DNA of 45,932 nucleotides from positions 1-45,932 of IMG/VR virus record IMGVR_UViG_3300020042_001689; one strand, written 5' to 3'. The stretch comes from a virus. Taxonomy: Duplodnaviria; Caudoviricetes. Below the pieces are notes generated by a model that was given only the letters and a program-made list of their open reading frames with translations, made no database searches and was not told the DNA's origin. Position 1 is the first letter of the stretch. The number at the start of each line of letters is the position of its first letter. The position numbers and the translations under genes were made by a program. This document shows, piece after piece, positions 19,104 to 27,636 of this stretch.

Positions 19104-22100
19104 ATGGGCTATGAACTTGATCGATTGATGCAGCAGTTTGGTGTTAGCACACCAACTTTGTCCTATTCCGGCATGCCAATGCCAATGAAGCCAGATGATT
19201 TATCAACTACTGCTAGCTCAACAGATAAAGCAAACTATGATGCTTTGTTGGCCAAGTACAACGCGGATATGCCTTTGTACAACTCGAATCAAGCCATGTA
19301 CAAGACTTATTCGGACGAATACAAGAATCGTTTGGCTAACACGTCTTTGTACGATGCGCCTCAGTTCCGAAGAGGAATCACGAGCAGCCCAGGCACAGGC
19401 ATGTTTGCTGACCAATACTCACCTGTCACAGGGGGTCAAAATGCCACAGTAAATCAGAATTCTTACAACATGCCTACCGCTCTAATTGGCCCAACGGGTT
19501 TAACGGGTCTAACGGGTTTAACAGGCACAACAATTACCCCAGCCGCAGCACTAGATTTAATGTATAGAGCTAGCACTAGTGGCGCTTCAACAGCAGATTT
19601 TGACAAGTACGGTGGTTATGCTAAAGTCAAAGCTGCTGCTACAGCCGCTGGGTTTAGTGCAACTCCTGAGTGGCAGAAAAGTTATGAGCAAAGTCTTAGA
19701 AATACCGGTACTACAGGCTTAACGGGTACGGGTACTACAGGCTTAACGGGTACTACAACAGGTACAGGTACTACAGCTGGTACTACAACAGGTACAGGTA
19801 CTACAGCTGGTACAGGTACTACAACGGGTACAGGTACTACAGCAGGTACTACTACGGCAGTTGCAAATTCACCTTCACGGGATGAAATCATAGCGGCAAT
19901 TAACGCATCCAGATTAGAAAAATTTTCTGATGCTGATGCAATTGCAGCTGGTAGAACAAACAAATTTACTGATGCTGATATTGTAAAAGGACTTGCCAGT
20001 AAAGGTGTTACGGGGGAACAAACTATTGGGGCGTTTACGCCGGCAGGTACAACCCGTACGCCAGAGGAAATCACAGCAGCAATTGCAGCGTCTAGAGGGC
20101 AAGGGTTTAATGATGCTGACATTGCCACTGGTTTGCTGCGGTATTTACCAAATTCAGCTGCTGCTACGGCGGCTTTGGCAGCTAACCCCATTCCCATAAA
20201 TAAAAATGTTGGCGGCTACGCTCATGGCGGCGCAGTTCACCACTATGAATTTGGCGGGGGTGTTACAGGAAGTATGGCCGAAGCCCAAGAATTGATCAAG
20301 GCATTGGAGAGTGGAACATTAACGAGGTACGAGCGCGAAGAGGCTTTGAGTAAAATTGCAGAAATTTATAGAAAGATTGATCAGGAGCCTTCTCAACTGG
20401 CTACCATGTCTATGTACAGTGCGCCGCAGTTCCAAAGAAATCAAAGGGCTGTCCTAAATGAGCCTATCTACAACATGCCTACTGCGTTGCGCGTCCTTCA
20501 GACTGTGCCAAAGACTACGCCGTATGTTTTGCCATACGATGGCGGTAATGGTAGCCCCGCTGGTGGAGAGCGTAGTTCAAACCCTGCCTGGGATGCTATG
20601 ACCTCTGAAGAAAAAGCTGCGTTTTATAGTGCCAATCCAATGTTTGGTGCAATTACACGAGCTGGTCAAAATATATTGGGGATTACAAGTCTTGGAACTC
20701 TGCAAAATTCATTAGTGCCCGATTTTGTGCGAGAACAACAAGCTATTGCAAAAGGTACAGAGGCTTATTCAGGCCTCAGAAATTTTGGCAAAGAAAGCAC
20801 CATTCCAAGTGGCGGTATGATTAGTCCTGGTTTATTTGATCCATATGCTGGGGATTCTGCTAAAGACGCAGGTAGAGCTGCTGCACTTGCGGCATCAATA
20901 GCAGAAGCCAGAGAAGCACAACAGGCGCAAGCACAGGATGCAGCAGCAATGGCAAACGCAGCAGCAAGTCTTGCAGCAGCAGAAGCGCCATCGTTTACAC
21001 CTGCTGATTATGGTCCATCTGGTAGTCCAGATTTTGGTAGTTTTAGTAGCAGTTTTGATAGTGGGGGTTACGAGGGTGGCGGTTATTACAACCAAGGCGG
21101 CTACGTAGACAGCTACGCCCAAGGTGGTGCGGTTCGCCACTATCAAGCTGGCGGAGATGTTATGTCAAGTATGGCTGAAGCAGAAAGATTGATTAAAGCC
21201 TTGGAAGGTGGGAAATTAACAAAAAATGAGCGTGAAGACGCCATGAGCAGGGTTGCGGAAATTTATAGGAGGCTTGATGAGGAGCCTGTTCAAGCAGCAC
21301 CAGAAAATTTAGTAACTCGACAAATAGCATCAGCTATGCCTGAGCGACTTATGTCAGCCGTGCCTGAAGCACCGGAGCCATCTGGTGGGGACTTAATTCA
21401 GCCCATGCCAGAGTCGATAAAACTCACACCCAGAGAAATCGAGCAAGCTATTTTCAGTGCATCACCGTTAACAGCATTAAAAGAAACAGTTGCCATACCG
21501 CCAACAGTTGCAGAAGCCGCTCCATTGGTCAGGCCAGTAGATCCCAGACTCTTTGGTGAGAGTGATGAGGTTGCCACTGGCCCAGGCTACAGCCCTATGG
21601 ACCCTAGGCTTTATGGTGAGAGCGATGAGGTTGCAACGGGTAAAGGTTACAGTCCGCTAGACCCTAGGCTCTTTGGCGAAACCGATGAGGTTGCAACGGG
21701 CAAGGGTTACAGCCCATTTGACCCTAGGCTCTTTGGTGAAGCCGGTGATGCTGTCACCAACACGTATGGTTATTCAATGCCTGTGGTGGCCCGAGCCGCG
21801 CCCCCTGCGGTAGACCGAACACTATTAAACTTGGCAGCAAAATACGCAAGGCCGGGTTTTACCCCTAAATTTGCCGCAGGTAGCATTGACCCTGGCCCAG
21901 ATCGGATGGCTTTGATATCACGGGCCGCAATTGCAAACAAGATTGCAAATCCTGTGATCAACATCCAACCTGAGTATGCTGACGACTCGGCAAGTCGGTT
22001 GTCCATGGATAAGCCTCAAGACACCACAATCCCAATGAGCCCAACCATGGCGATGCTGCAGAAGATGCTGTTGGACAACCAATCCCAAAAGTCACCCTAT

Positions 22101-23198
22101 GCAGATGAGTTGCGTGTTGCTAGGGCTGCGGCCACAGCACAAACAAAAGCCTTCAACGACATGTTGGAGAAAGCAATCAAGGGCCAAGACGACAATAAGC
22201 CTTCAAACGCTGAGATGTACTTCCGTCTTGCCGCTGCATTTGGCGCACCTACAAAAACAGGTAACTTTTTTGAAAGCCTGGCTGAAGTCAACAAGAGCAT
22301 GGCTGAACAAGCTAAAGAGACTAGATTGGCAGGCAAAGCTGGTCAAGCACTCAGATTGCAACTAAGCTTAGAAGGTGCCAAGGCAGGTATGACTGCAGCA
22401 AAAGAAGATGTCACGGCATTGCGAGCATTGACCAGCGAAGAGATGAAAGAGAAAGCGGCTTATGGGCGTGATTTGATCAAGGAATATTTCAAATCCGGCG
22501 AAGCCCAATCAACCTTCGGCAAGCAAGCACAAGACGAAGGTTTGATTCCAGGCACTCCAAAATATCAGGCTCGCGTAACAGCAATCTCTGATGAAGCACT
22601 TAGGAGGGCGACAGCCGGGGCCGATGCTGCTGGTGCCGCTGCTCAAGCAAGTCTAGCGTCTATTGAGGCGAGTCGGGAAGCTAGACTACTTGCACAAAAG
22701 AAGTTTGATGCGGCGCAAGATAAAGCAAAAGCAAACGCTGCCAGACTGTCTGAGCCTGAGTTGAAACTTAAAATTGAGACCGAAGATATGATTGGCACGA
22801 CTGAGCAAGCTATGAATAACTTGCGTCGGGCCTATGCGCTTAACCCTTCAACATTTGACAACTCGCTGCCTGATCTTGCACAACGTAAAATTCTTGAGGC
22901 CGCAGGCCGTGAAGATCCAAAAGTTGTTGCAACGCGTGTACTTGAAAACATTCTTGAGAAAGCAGCACTTTCGTCCCTTAAAGCTACGTTCCCAGGTGCA
23001 ATCAGTGATGGTGAACGCACGGCCCTAATGAACACGGTGGGCTTAGGTTCAAAGAGCATAGAAGAAAGAAAGCTGATTATGGAGAGTGGCTACGAGGCAC
23101 TTAAATCGGTTTCTGAACGAGCCAAGAAACGTCTAAAGCTTATCAATGAGGGTCTCTACCGCACTACGGCCCCAGCAATTGCAGAGGAGACTGAATAA
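19104..23198 (+). CDS. Large modular internal virion protein
   Basis: 1364 aa with internal duplications, low-complexity tracts and helical C-terminus. Confidence 0.55.
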   Translation: MGYELDRLMQQFGVSTPTLSYSGMPMPMKPDDLSTTASSTDKANYDALLAKYNADMPLYNSNQAMYKTYSDEYKNRLANTSLYDAPQFRRGITSSPGTGMFADQYSPVTGGQNATVNQNSYNMPTALIGPTGLTGLTGLTGTTITPAAALDLMYRASTSGASTADFDKYGGYAKVKAAATAAGFSATPEWQKSYEQSLRNTGTTGLTGTGTTGLTGTTTGTGTTAGTTTGTGTTAGTGTTTGTGTTAGTTTAVANSPSRDEIIAAINASRLEKFSDADAIAAGRTNKFTDADIVKGLASKGVTGEQTIGAFTPAGTTRTPEEITAAIAASRGQGFNDADIATGLLRYLPNSAAATAALAANPIPINKNVGGYAHGGAVHHYEFGGGVTGSMAEAQELIKALESGTLTRYEREEALSKIAEIYRKIDQEPSQLATMSMYSAPQFQRNQRAVLNEPIYNMPTALRVLQTVPKTTPYVLPYDGGNGSPAGGERSSNPAWDAMTSEEKAAFYSANPMFGAITRAGQNILGITSLGTLQNSLVPDFVREQQAIAKGTEAYSGLRNFGKESTIPSGGMISPGLFDPYAGDSAKDAGRAAALAASIAEAREAQQAQAQDAAAMANAAASLAAAEAPSFTPADYGPSGSPDFGSFSSSFDSGGYEGGGYYNQGGYVDSYAQGGAVRHYQAGGDVMSSMAEAERLIKALEGGKLTKNEREDAMSRVAEIYRRLDEEPVQAAPENLVTRQIASAMPERLMSAVPEAPEPSGGDLIQPMPESIKLTPREIEQAIFSASPLTALKETVAIPPTVAEAAPLVRPVDPRLFGESDEVATGPGYSPMDPRLYGESDEVATGKGYSPLDPRLFGETDEVATGKGYSPFDPRLFGEAGDAVTNTYGYSMPVVARAAPPAVDRTLLNLAAKYARPGFTPKFAAGSIDPGPDRMALISRAAIANKIANPVINIQPEYADDSASRLSMDKPQDTTIPMSPTMAMLQKMLLDNQSQKSPYADELRVARAAATAQTKAFNDMLEKAIKGQDDNKPSNAEMYFRLAAAFGAPTKTGNFFESLAEVNKSMAEQAKETRLAGKAGQALRLQLSLEGAKAGMTAAKEDVTALRALTSEEMKEKAAYGRDLIKEYFKSGEAQSTFGKQAQDEGLIPGTPKYQARVTAISDEALRRATAGADAAGAAAQASLASIEASREARLLAQKKFDAAQDKAKANAARLSEPELKLKIETEDMIGTTEQAMNNLRRAYALNPSTFDNSLPDLAQRKILEAAGREDPKVVATRVLENILEKAALSSLKATFPGAISDGERTALMNTVGLGSKSIEERKLIMESGYEALKSVSERAKKRLKLINEGLYRTTAPAIAEETE
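19705..19856 (+). repeat. Coding Thr/Gly tandem repeats (GGTACT/ACAGGT units)
   Basis: Encodes TGTTGLTGTGTT...TAGTTT. Confidence 0.8.
21540..21750 (+). repeat. 60-bp coding tandem repeat, about 3.5 copies
   Basis: Units at 21540, 21600, 21660, 21720 encode DPRL(F/Y)GE(S/T)DEVATG(P/K)GYSPx. Confidence 0.9.
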
Positions 23199-25249
23199 TG
23201 GGTGATAAAGTTTCAAATCTAACTCTGTCTGATCTTGTGTTAGGGAAGAGGTCAGTTGATCCCTACCTCAACACTGCTCGTGCGGTGTTAGGTCAAGGCG
23301 TTGGCATGGGTTGGGGCGATGAAGCTGAGGCTTGGTTGCGGTCAAAGTTGGGCAGTGAGTCCTACGAGACGTTGTTGCCACAAATACGTAGCGAGTATGG
23401 CGAATATGCTAAGCAGTACCCATTTACCCAGGGCGTGTCTGAGTTTGTCGGGGGCGCTGCCCCAGGTGTAGCTATGATGTTTGTACCAGGTATGCAACCG
23501 GCAGGTCTGGCGCGACTAGGTGCATTAGGTGCAGCAAGTGGAGCCGTATCAGGTGCAGGCTCAGCAACCGAAGGTAACCGTACAAGCGGTGCAGGCTCTG
23601 GTGCTCTGATTGGCGGTGGTCTAGGTGTTGGTCTGCCAATAGCCCTACGAGCCGCTGGAGGTGCGGGTAAGTGGCTCAGAGAGCGCTTGTTCTCAACGCC
23701 TGAAGTTGTGCAAGACCGAGCGCTAGGAAAGATAAATGAGGCTATGCGTCAAGCCAAGGTTAGTCCTCAGGATGTTCAGGCACAGATGGCACAAGACAGG
23801 GCGATGGGCGTTCCGGTACAAGGAAAGGCAATGGGCGTTCCGTCGGTCATGGCCAATGCAAACCCGGCGCTCAGGGATCTGGCTGAAGCAGTGGCTCAGC
23901 GTTCAGGGGCTGGTAGTAACGCAATTGAAAATGCGCTGACAACCCAGAGACTAGGCGCACGAGATCGCGTTAAGGCCCAAACAAAAGCAGCGCTAAAGCC
24001 GCTTGAATATTACGACATGGAAGAAAGTCTGACGGCCCAACTTAGAAATAATGCAAAAAGTTTGTATGAAAAAGCATATGCGCACGGTGACGTTGATGAC
24101 CCTAGGATTGTTGAGGTACTTAAAAACCCACAATTCAAAGCGTTCTTTGACAAGGCACGTGGAATTGCTGACACAGAGGCCCAGACAGCAAAGCTCAAAG
24201 GTGAAGATCCTCTCAAGTTTGCATTGCCTGAAATCTACAAACCATCGGGTCGATTTGATCCCAGTGGTGCTGAAATTTTAGATCTAGTCAAGCTGCCAGA
24301 TGTACGGACACTGGACTACATCAAGCGCGGTATTGATGCCACCATTGACTCTGGATTCCGTGGCAAAGGCATGAGCACGGCAGAAGCCTCAGCACTGAGA
24401 GATCTGCGCAAGCAGTTTGTAAATGCAATTGACGAAAACGTGCCTGACTACAAACTTGCTCGAAAAACTTATGCTGGCGATTTAGAGACTCTGGATGCCT
24501 TGCGGATGGGCAGAGAAGAGTTTAAAACTCTTGACCCTGAGCAAGTCAAGAAGATGGTTGACGCAATGAGTTCCAGCGAAAAAGATGCGTTTAGAACCGG
24601 CGTTGCTCGTGACATTTATAGCACCATTGGGAGGCCGTCTAATGACCCAAATACCGCACAGCGGGTGATTGGCTCTCCAGACATGCAAGAGAAATTGGCA
24701 ATGTTGTTTGACAACCCTGCCGAGTTTGACCTATACAAAGCTGCTCTCATGCGTGAGTCCCAGCTATATAAGGAGTCAAACAAAATTCTAGGCGGGGCGC
24801 AAACCGCTAAACGCCTAGACCTTAAAGCGTCTTTAGACGAAGACACTGGGATGATTGAAAGTGCAGCGACAGCCGCCACAGGCAACTTTAGCGGGGCGTT
24901 GAGTAGCCTAGTCATGGGTGCAATCAGGTCTGGCCAGATGTCCAAAGCACGTGCTGAAAAGATTGCTGAAATGCTAATGGCTAAGGATCCGAACGAGGTG
25001 GCTGCCGCTGTGCAAATGATTGAAGCCTATGCGGTTAAGCAAGCACCTAAACAGTTTCGGGCCACGCTAGGGGAGGCAGGTACTGTTACTGGTACAAGTA
25101 CTGCAATCTATCCAGCACCGGCACCTACAGCATTTGACATCATGTCACCTACCACCGACATTGAGAGGGCTTTGCAAGATCGTGAGGAAAGTCCAATTCA
25201 AGGCCCAGATATTGAAGAAGCATTGAAAAACCGCAACAAAACAAAGTAG
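23198..25249 (+). CDS. Putative DNA ejection/internal virion protein (last of module 2)
   Basis: 683 aa; 'GQG..MGWGDEAEA', Gly/Ala hydrophobic segment, 'RTLDYIKRGID'; GAGGAG RBS. Confidence 0.55.
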   Translation: MGDKVSNLTLSDLVLGKRSVDPYLNTARAVLGQGVGMGWGDEAEAWLRSKLGSESYETLLPQIRSEYGEYAKQYPFTQGVSEFVGGAAPGVAMMFVPGMQPAGLARLGALGAASGAVSGAGSATEGNRTSGAGSGALIGGGLGVGLPIALRAAGGAGKWLRERLFSTPEVVQDRALGKINEAMRQAKVSPQDVQAQMAQDRAMGVPVQGKAMGVPSVMANANPALRDLAEAVAQRSGAGSNAIENALTTQRLGARDRVKAQTKAALKPLEYYDMEESLTAQLRNNAKSLYEKAYAHGDVDDPRIVEVLKNPQFKAFFDKARGIADTEAQTAKLKGEDPLKFALPEIYKPSGRFDPSGAEILDLVKLPDVRTLDYIKRGIDATIDSGFRGKGMSTAEASALRDLRKQFVNAIDENVPDYKLARKTYAGDLETLDALRMGREEFKTLDPEQVKKMVDAMSSSEKDAFRTGVARDIYSTIGRPSNDPNTAQRVIGSPDMQEKLAMLFDNPAEFDLYKAALMRESQLYKESNKILGGAQTAKRLDLKASLDEDTGMIESAATAATGNFSGALSSLVMGAIRSGQMSKARAEKIAEMLMAKDPNEVAAAVQMIEAYAVKQAPKQFRATLGEAGTVTGTSTAIYPAPAPTAFDIMSPTTDIERALQDREESPIQGPDIEEALKNRNKTK

Positions 25250-25265
25250 AATATTGACGCAGTTG

Positions 25266-25445
25266 TCAATTTTTAACCCCGCTTCGGCGGGGTTCTTTTA
25301 TAACCGCCCGGTAAGCCTCAATAGCATCCTTCAAGTCACCCCGCAACTGCTCTAGCTGGTCCTGTTGCTGTTGCAGCCGCAGGTAAGCCTCAAGCGCAAA
25401 CTTGTCCAGAGTCGCCCGGTCCCAGGTGCTGAAGATAGGCGTCAT
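25266..25445 (-). CDS. Small coiled-coil hypothetical protein
   Basis: MTPIFSTWDRATLDKFALE...; ATGA overlap with upstream gene. Confidence 0.55.
   Translation of the reverse strand: MTPIFSTWDRATLDKFALEAYLRLQQQQDQLEQLRGDLKDAIEAYRAVIKEPRRSGVKN
25275..25300 (+). terminator. Rho-independent terminator of the late operon
   Basis: AACCCCGC-TTCG-GCGGGGTT hairpin followed by CTTTTA, at the convergence of + and - gene blocks. Confidence 0.85.
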
Positions 25446-25660
25446 GGATGCGGACAATCGTCAGGCACAAACGCTAGGCAGTGAACGGCGGTGTACTTGC
25501 CTGTTGTCTTGACCCAGCGGTCGATATAGGTGTCAGGCATCAAGGCCAATGAACGACTGACGCCTGTTGGCGTAACCTTCAGCGCAAGCGCAAGTTCCAG
25601 GGCAGTCATGCCGTCTGGTGCTTGGGCTAAAACATCTCTAATCTTGTCTGAAATTACCAC
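25442..25660 (-). CDS. Small winged-HTH-like protein
   Basis: 'IRDVL...PDGMTALELA..L....TGVSRSL'; GTG start. Confidence 0.55.
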   Translation of the reverse strand: MVISDKIRDVLAQAPDGMTALELALALKVTPTGVSRSLALMPDTYIDRWVKTTGKYTAVHCLAFVPDDCPHP

Positions 25661-25749
25661 GGCGCATCCTCATGGTTTTGCGGGTTGAACGGGATAGGTT
25701 TGGCTGGCTGCGCTGGTGGCAACTCGGTGGGGAAGGGCCAGTTATCCAT
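25654..25749 (-). CDS. 31-aa Pro-rich peptide (not in ORF track)
   Basis: MDNWPFPTELPPAQPAKPIPFNPQNHEDAPW*; fills the gap, AAGGA upstream. Confidence 0.45.
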   Translation of the reverse strand: MDNWPFPTELPPAQPAKPIPFNPQNHEDAPW

Positions 25750-26134
25750 TGCGTTCCTTCAGCTTGGCTTCAATGGCTCGGGCATCTTTGATTGTTATGT
25801 ATGGATTGACATTTGAGTCTGCCGTTCCAATCCGACTGACTGCGCTCCAAATCTCCTTGTCAGTCAGACCCTGCCACGGGCGCTGTGCTGCAAAATGGTC
25901 AGTCAACTCCCGCGCCCGGTGCTTGTTGATGCCTTCGCGGACTAGGGTAACGACAATCATGTCACGCCATTCACTTGGCTCTGGCTGCTCCAGTGCTTCG
26001 CGCAGGGCGGTGATGGCCGAGTCGTACCACTCAGTGCCTTCGGGATGCTTGGTCTTTTCTCGCGTAATCACGAATATGCGGCTGCTTTCCAACGCCTCCA
26101 GCGCCTGCTGCGCGGCTTGTCTCAGGTCAGTCAT
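25742..26134 (-). CDS. Hypothetical early protein
   Basis: 'LRQAAQQALEALE', 'WQGLTDKEI', 'ARAIEAKLKERN' modules. Confidence 0.65.
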   Translation of the reverse strand: MTDLRQAAQQALEALESSRIFVITREKTKHPEGTEWYDSAITALREALEQPEPSEWRDMIVVTLVREGINKHRARELTDHFAAQRPWQGLTDKEIWSAVSRIGTADSNVNPYITIKDARAIEAKLKERNG

Positions 26135-26346
26135 GCTTGTCCCCTTGCTCGGATTTGCTCTGCAAGTCGTGCGGCTCTTGCTTCATCACATTCCTTCGCA
26201 CAAGCCTCACGCTCACTAGCGGCAACCAACTCAACAAATGTCTCCAGTTCAGTCTCTGTAAACACTACGCCGTCATGCCGCCCCATAAACAGCACGGGGT
26301 ATACAGCACCCACGGAGTCTGCAAGTTCCTTGGTTTTTTCTTTCAT
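26131..26346 (-). CDS. Hypothetical early protein
   Basis: Start reassigned to MKEKTKELAD (ATGA overlap); 'LVAASEREACA' module. Confidence 0.6.
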   Translation of the reverse strand: MKEKTKELADSVGAVYPVLFMGRHDGVVFTETELETFVELVAASEREACAKECDEARAARLAEQIRARGQA

Positions 26347-26633
26347 GGTGTCCCTCTTGCTCTGATGGCATCTGCGTACTGCTGCCAACCGTACTCGCCT
26401 TGTGCCTCGCAGATTACCGCGCAAGCCTCACGCTCGGCAGCGGCAACAAGGGCGGCAAAGGCTTCAAGTTCTAGGACTGGCGCAACAGTTACGGTCTTGG
26501 AGCCGTCTGAGTGAATAGCGACCACCCTTTCAAACCCAGCCTCACGCGCCATGCGGATAATGCCATCGTCCCCCGCTGCTCGGCGCTTGGCCTCTGTTTC
26601 AATTCGTCGAAACTCGTCTTCCTCTGTATTCAT
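26343..26633 (-). CDS. Hypothetical early protein
   Basis: 'IIRMAREAGF', 'LEAFAALVAAAEREACA..C', 'ADAIRARG'. Confidence 0.65.
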   Translation of the reverse strand: MNTEEDEFRRIETEAKRRAAGDDGIIRMAREAGFERVVAIHSDGSKTVTVAPVLELEAFAALVAAAEREACAVICEAQGEYGWQQYADAIRARGTP

Positions 26634-26755
26634 AGCATCCCCCAGATAAACCCGGCCAGCCCAGCAATGCCTGTCACGGCAAACAGCCCTAAGATTACCG
26701 TAGCAATTGCGTACATCAAGTTAGCAAGTTCGTAGTCGTCATCTTCGTCGTTCAT
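26630..26755 (-). CDS. 41-aa membrane peptide (not in ORF track)
   Basis: MNDEDDDYELANLMYAIATVILGLFAVTGIAGLAGFIWGML*; ATGA overlaps at both ends. Confidence 0.55.
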   Translation of the reverse strand: MNDEDDDYELANLMYAIATVILGLFAVTGIAGLAGFIWGML

Positions 26756-26964
26756 AGCGTTACCTTCCTTGTCTTAAATCCCCTGTGCGTGTAGCACTGA
26801 ATTGACCCATCCTCCAACAACTTCCAGGCGGCATTCTCGCCGCACATTTTTTGAATTCGCTCCTCTACCGTATCCACTCTTGCGTCATGCTCAGACGGAC
26901 CGTCTAATAGATACGCGGTGCAAATTACTATGGCCACTAAGGCCGCTGCTAGCCAGTTTAGCAT
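26752..26964 (-). CDS. Small membrane/exported protein
   Basis: N-terminal TM, AGGAG RBS. Confidence 0.55.
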   Translation of the reverse strand: MLNWLAAALVAIVICTAYLLDGPSEHDARVDTVEERIQKMCGENAAWKLLEDGSIQCYTHRGFKTRKVTL

Positions 26965-27110
26965 TCTCCTTCTCCTTTACAAACCGGGCAAATGGAGCCA
27001 TCATACTGGCCCTCTCCTGATCCGGAACAAGTTGAACAGATGCCTTCCTCTAAAACTTCTGGACCATCGTCAGCCATATAACTTGCATAGTCATCATCGT
27101 AGTCAATCAT
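26958..27110 (-). CDS. Small protein with DnaJ-type zinc finger
   Basis: MIDYDDDY... with CxxCxGxG twice (CSTCSGSG, CPVCKGEG); GGAG RBS. Confidence 0.6.
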   Translation of the reverse strand: MIDYDDDYASYMADDGPEVLEEGICSTCSGSGEGQYDGSICPVCKGEGEC

Positions 27111-27561
27111 TATTAGCTCCAAAGAATTCTTGTAAGCGTTTGTACAAGGCAAATGCTTTGGAAAGGGGCATCTTTTCAATGTCCAGCTCAAACTGTTCAA
27201 CGGTCCGCTGAGGCTGTTGTTCAACGTCAACTGGGGTGGGCGGCTTAGCCTTTGTGGTGGGCAAAACTTGCAGTAGTTCATAGTCTTGCCCAACAGCGGC
27301 CCACTGCGCAATAGAGCGATTGATGCTAGTGCCGCGTGGCCCTTTTATGCGGGTTGGTTCATGCCTGGCAAGGGCAATCATCCCGCGTGAGTACATCGAG
27401 TTTATTGCTGAGCTGACGTTGCCACGCGGCACATGAAGCATACTTGCAAGACAGGCTGCAGAGCGCGGCAACTTGGAGTCGTGCAACAGCTGCCAAATAC
27501 GCCGCGTAAGGGGCGGAAGTTTTACACCAGCTTGAGCTAGCGCAGACGAGATTTGATTCAT
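27103..27561 (-). CDS. Putative winged-HTH DNA-binding protein
   Basis: 'RRIWQLL...SAACLASML...GNVSSAINSMYSRG'; AAGGA RBS, preceded by repeated promoter element. Confidence 0.55.
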   Translation of the reverse strand: MNQISSALAQAGVKLPPLTRRIWQLLHDSKLPRSAACLASMLHVPRGNVSSAINSMYSRGMIALARHEPTRIKGPRGTSINRSIAQWAAVGQDYELLQVLPTTKAKPPTPVDVEQQPQRTVEQFELDIEKMPLSKAFALYKRLQEFFGANND

Positions 27562-27575
27562 AGGTTTTCCTTATA

Positions 27576-27623
27576 ACATTGAGACGGCGAGACTGCCGTG
27601 AGTGCATTGTACAACACTTTTTT
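27576..27623 (-). promoter_or_regulatory. Repeated early promoter/5'-hairpin element, copy 1
   Basis: Minus strand AAAAGTGTTG-TACAAT-GCACTC-ACGGC(AGTCTC)GCCGT-CTCAATGT then RBS. Confidence 0.8.
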
Positions 27624-27636
27624 GAGTGCCATACAA

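Noticed and set aside
21540-21750. Regular 60-bp repeats as a CRISPR array
   Set aside because: Whole units repeat in frame with mostly codon-level variation, there are no unique spacers, and they lie inside ORF 19104
23801-23845. 27-bp duplication (AMGVP twice) in ORF 23198
   Set aside because: A small in-frame duplication with no evident functional signal
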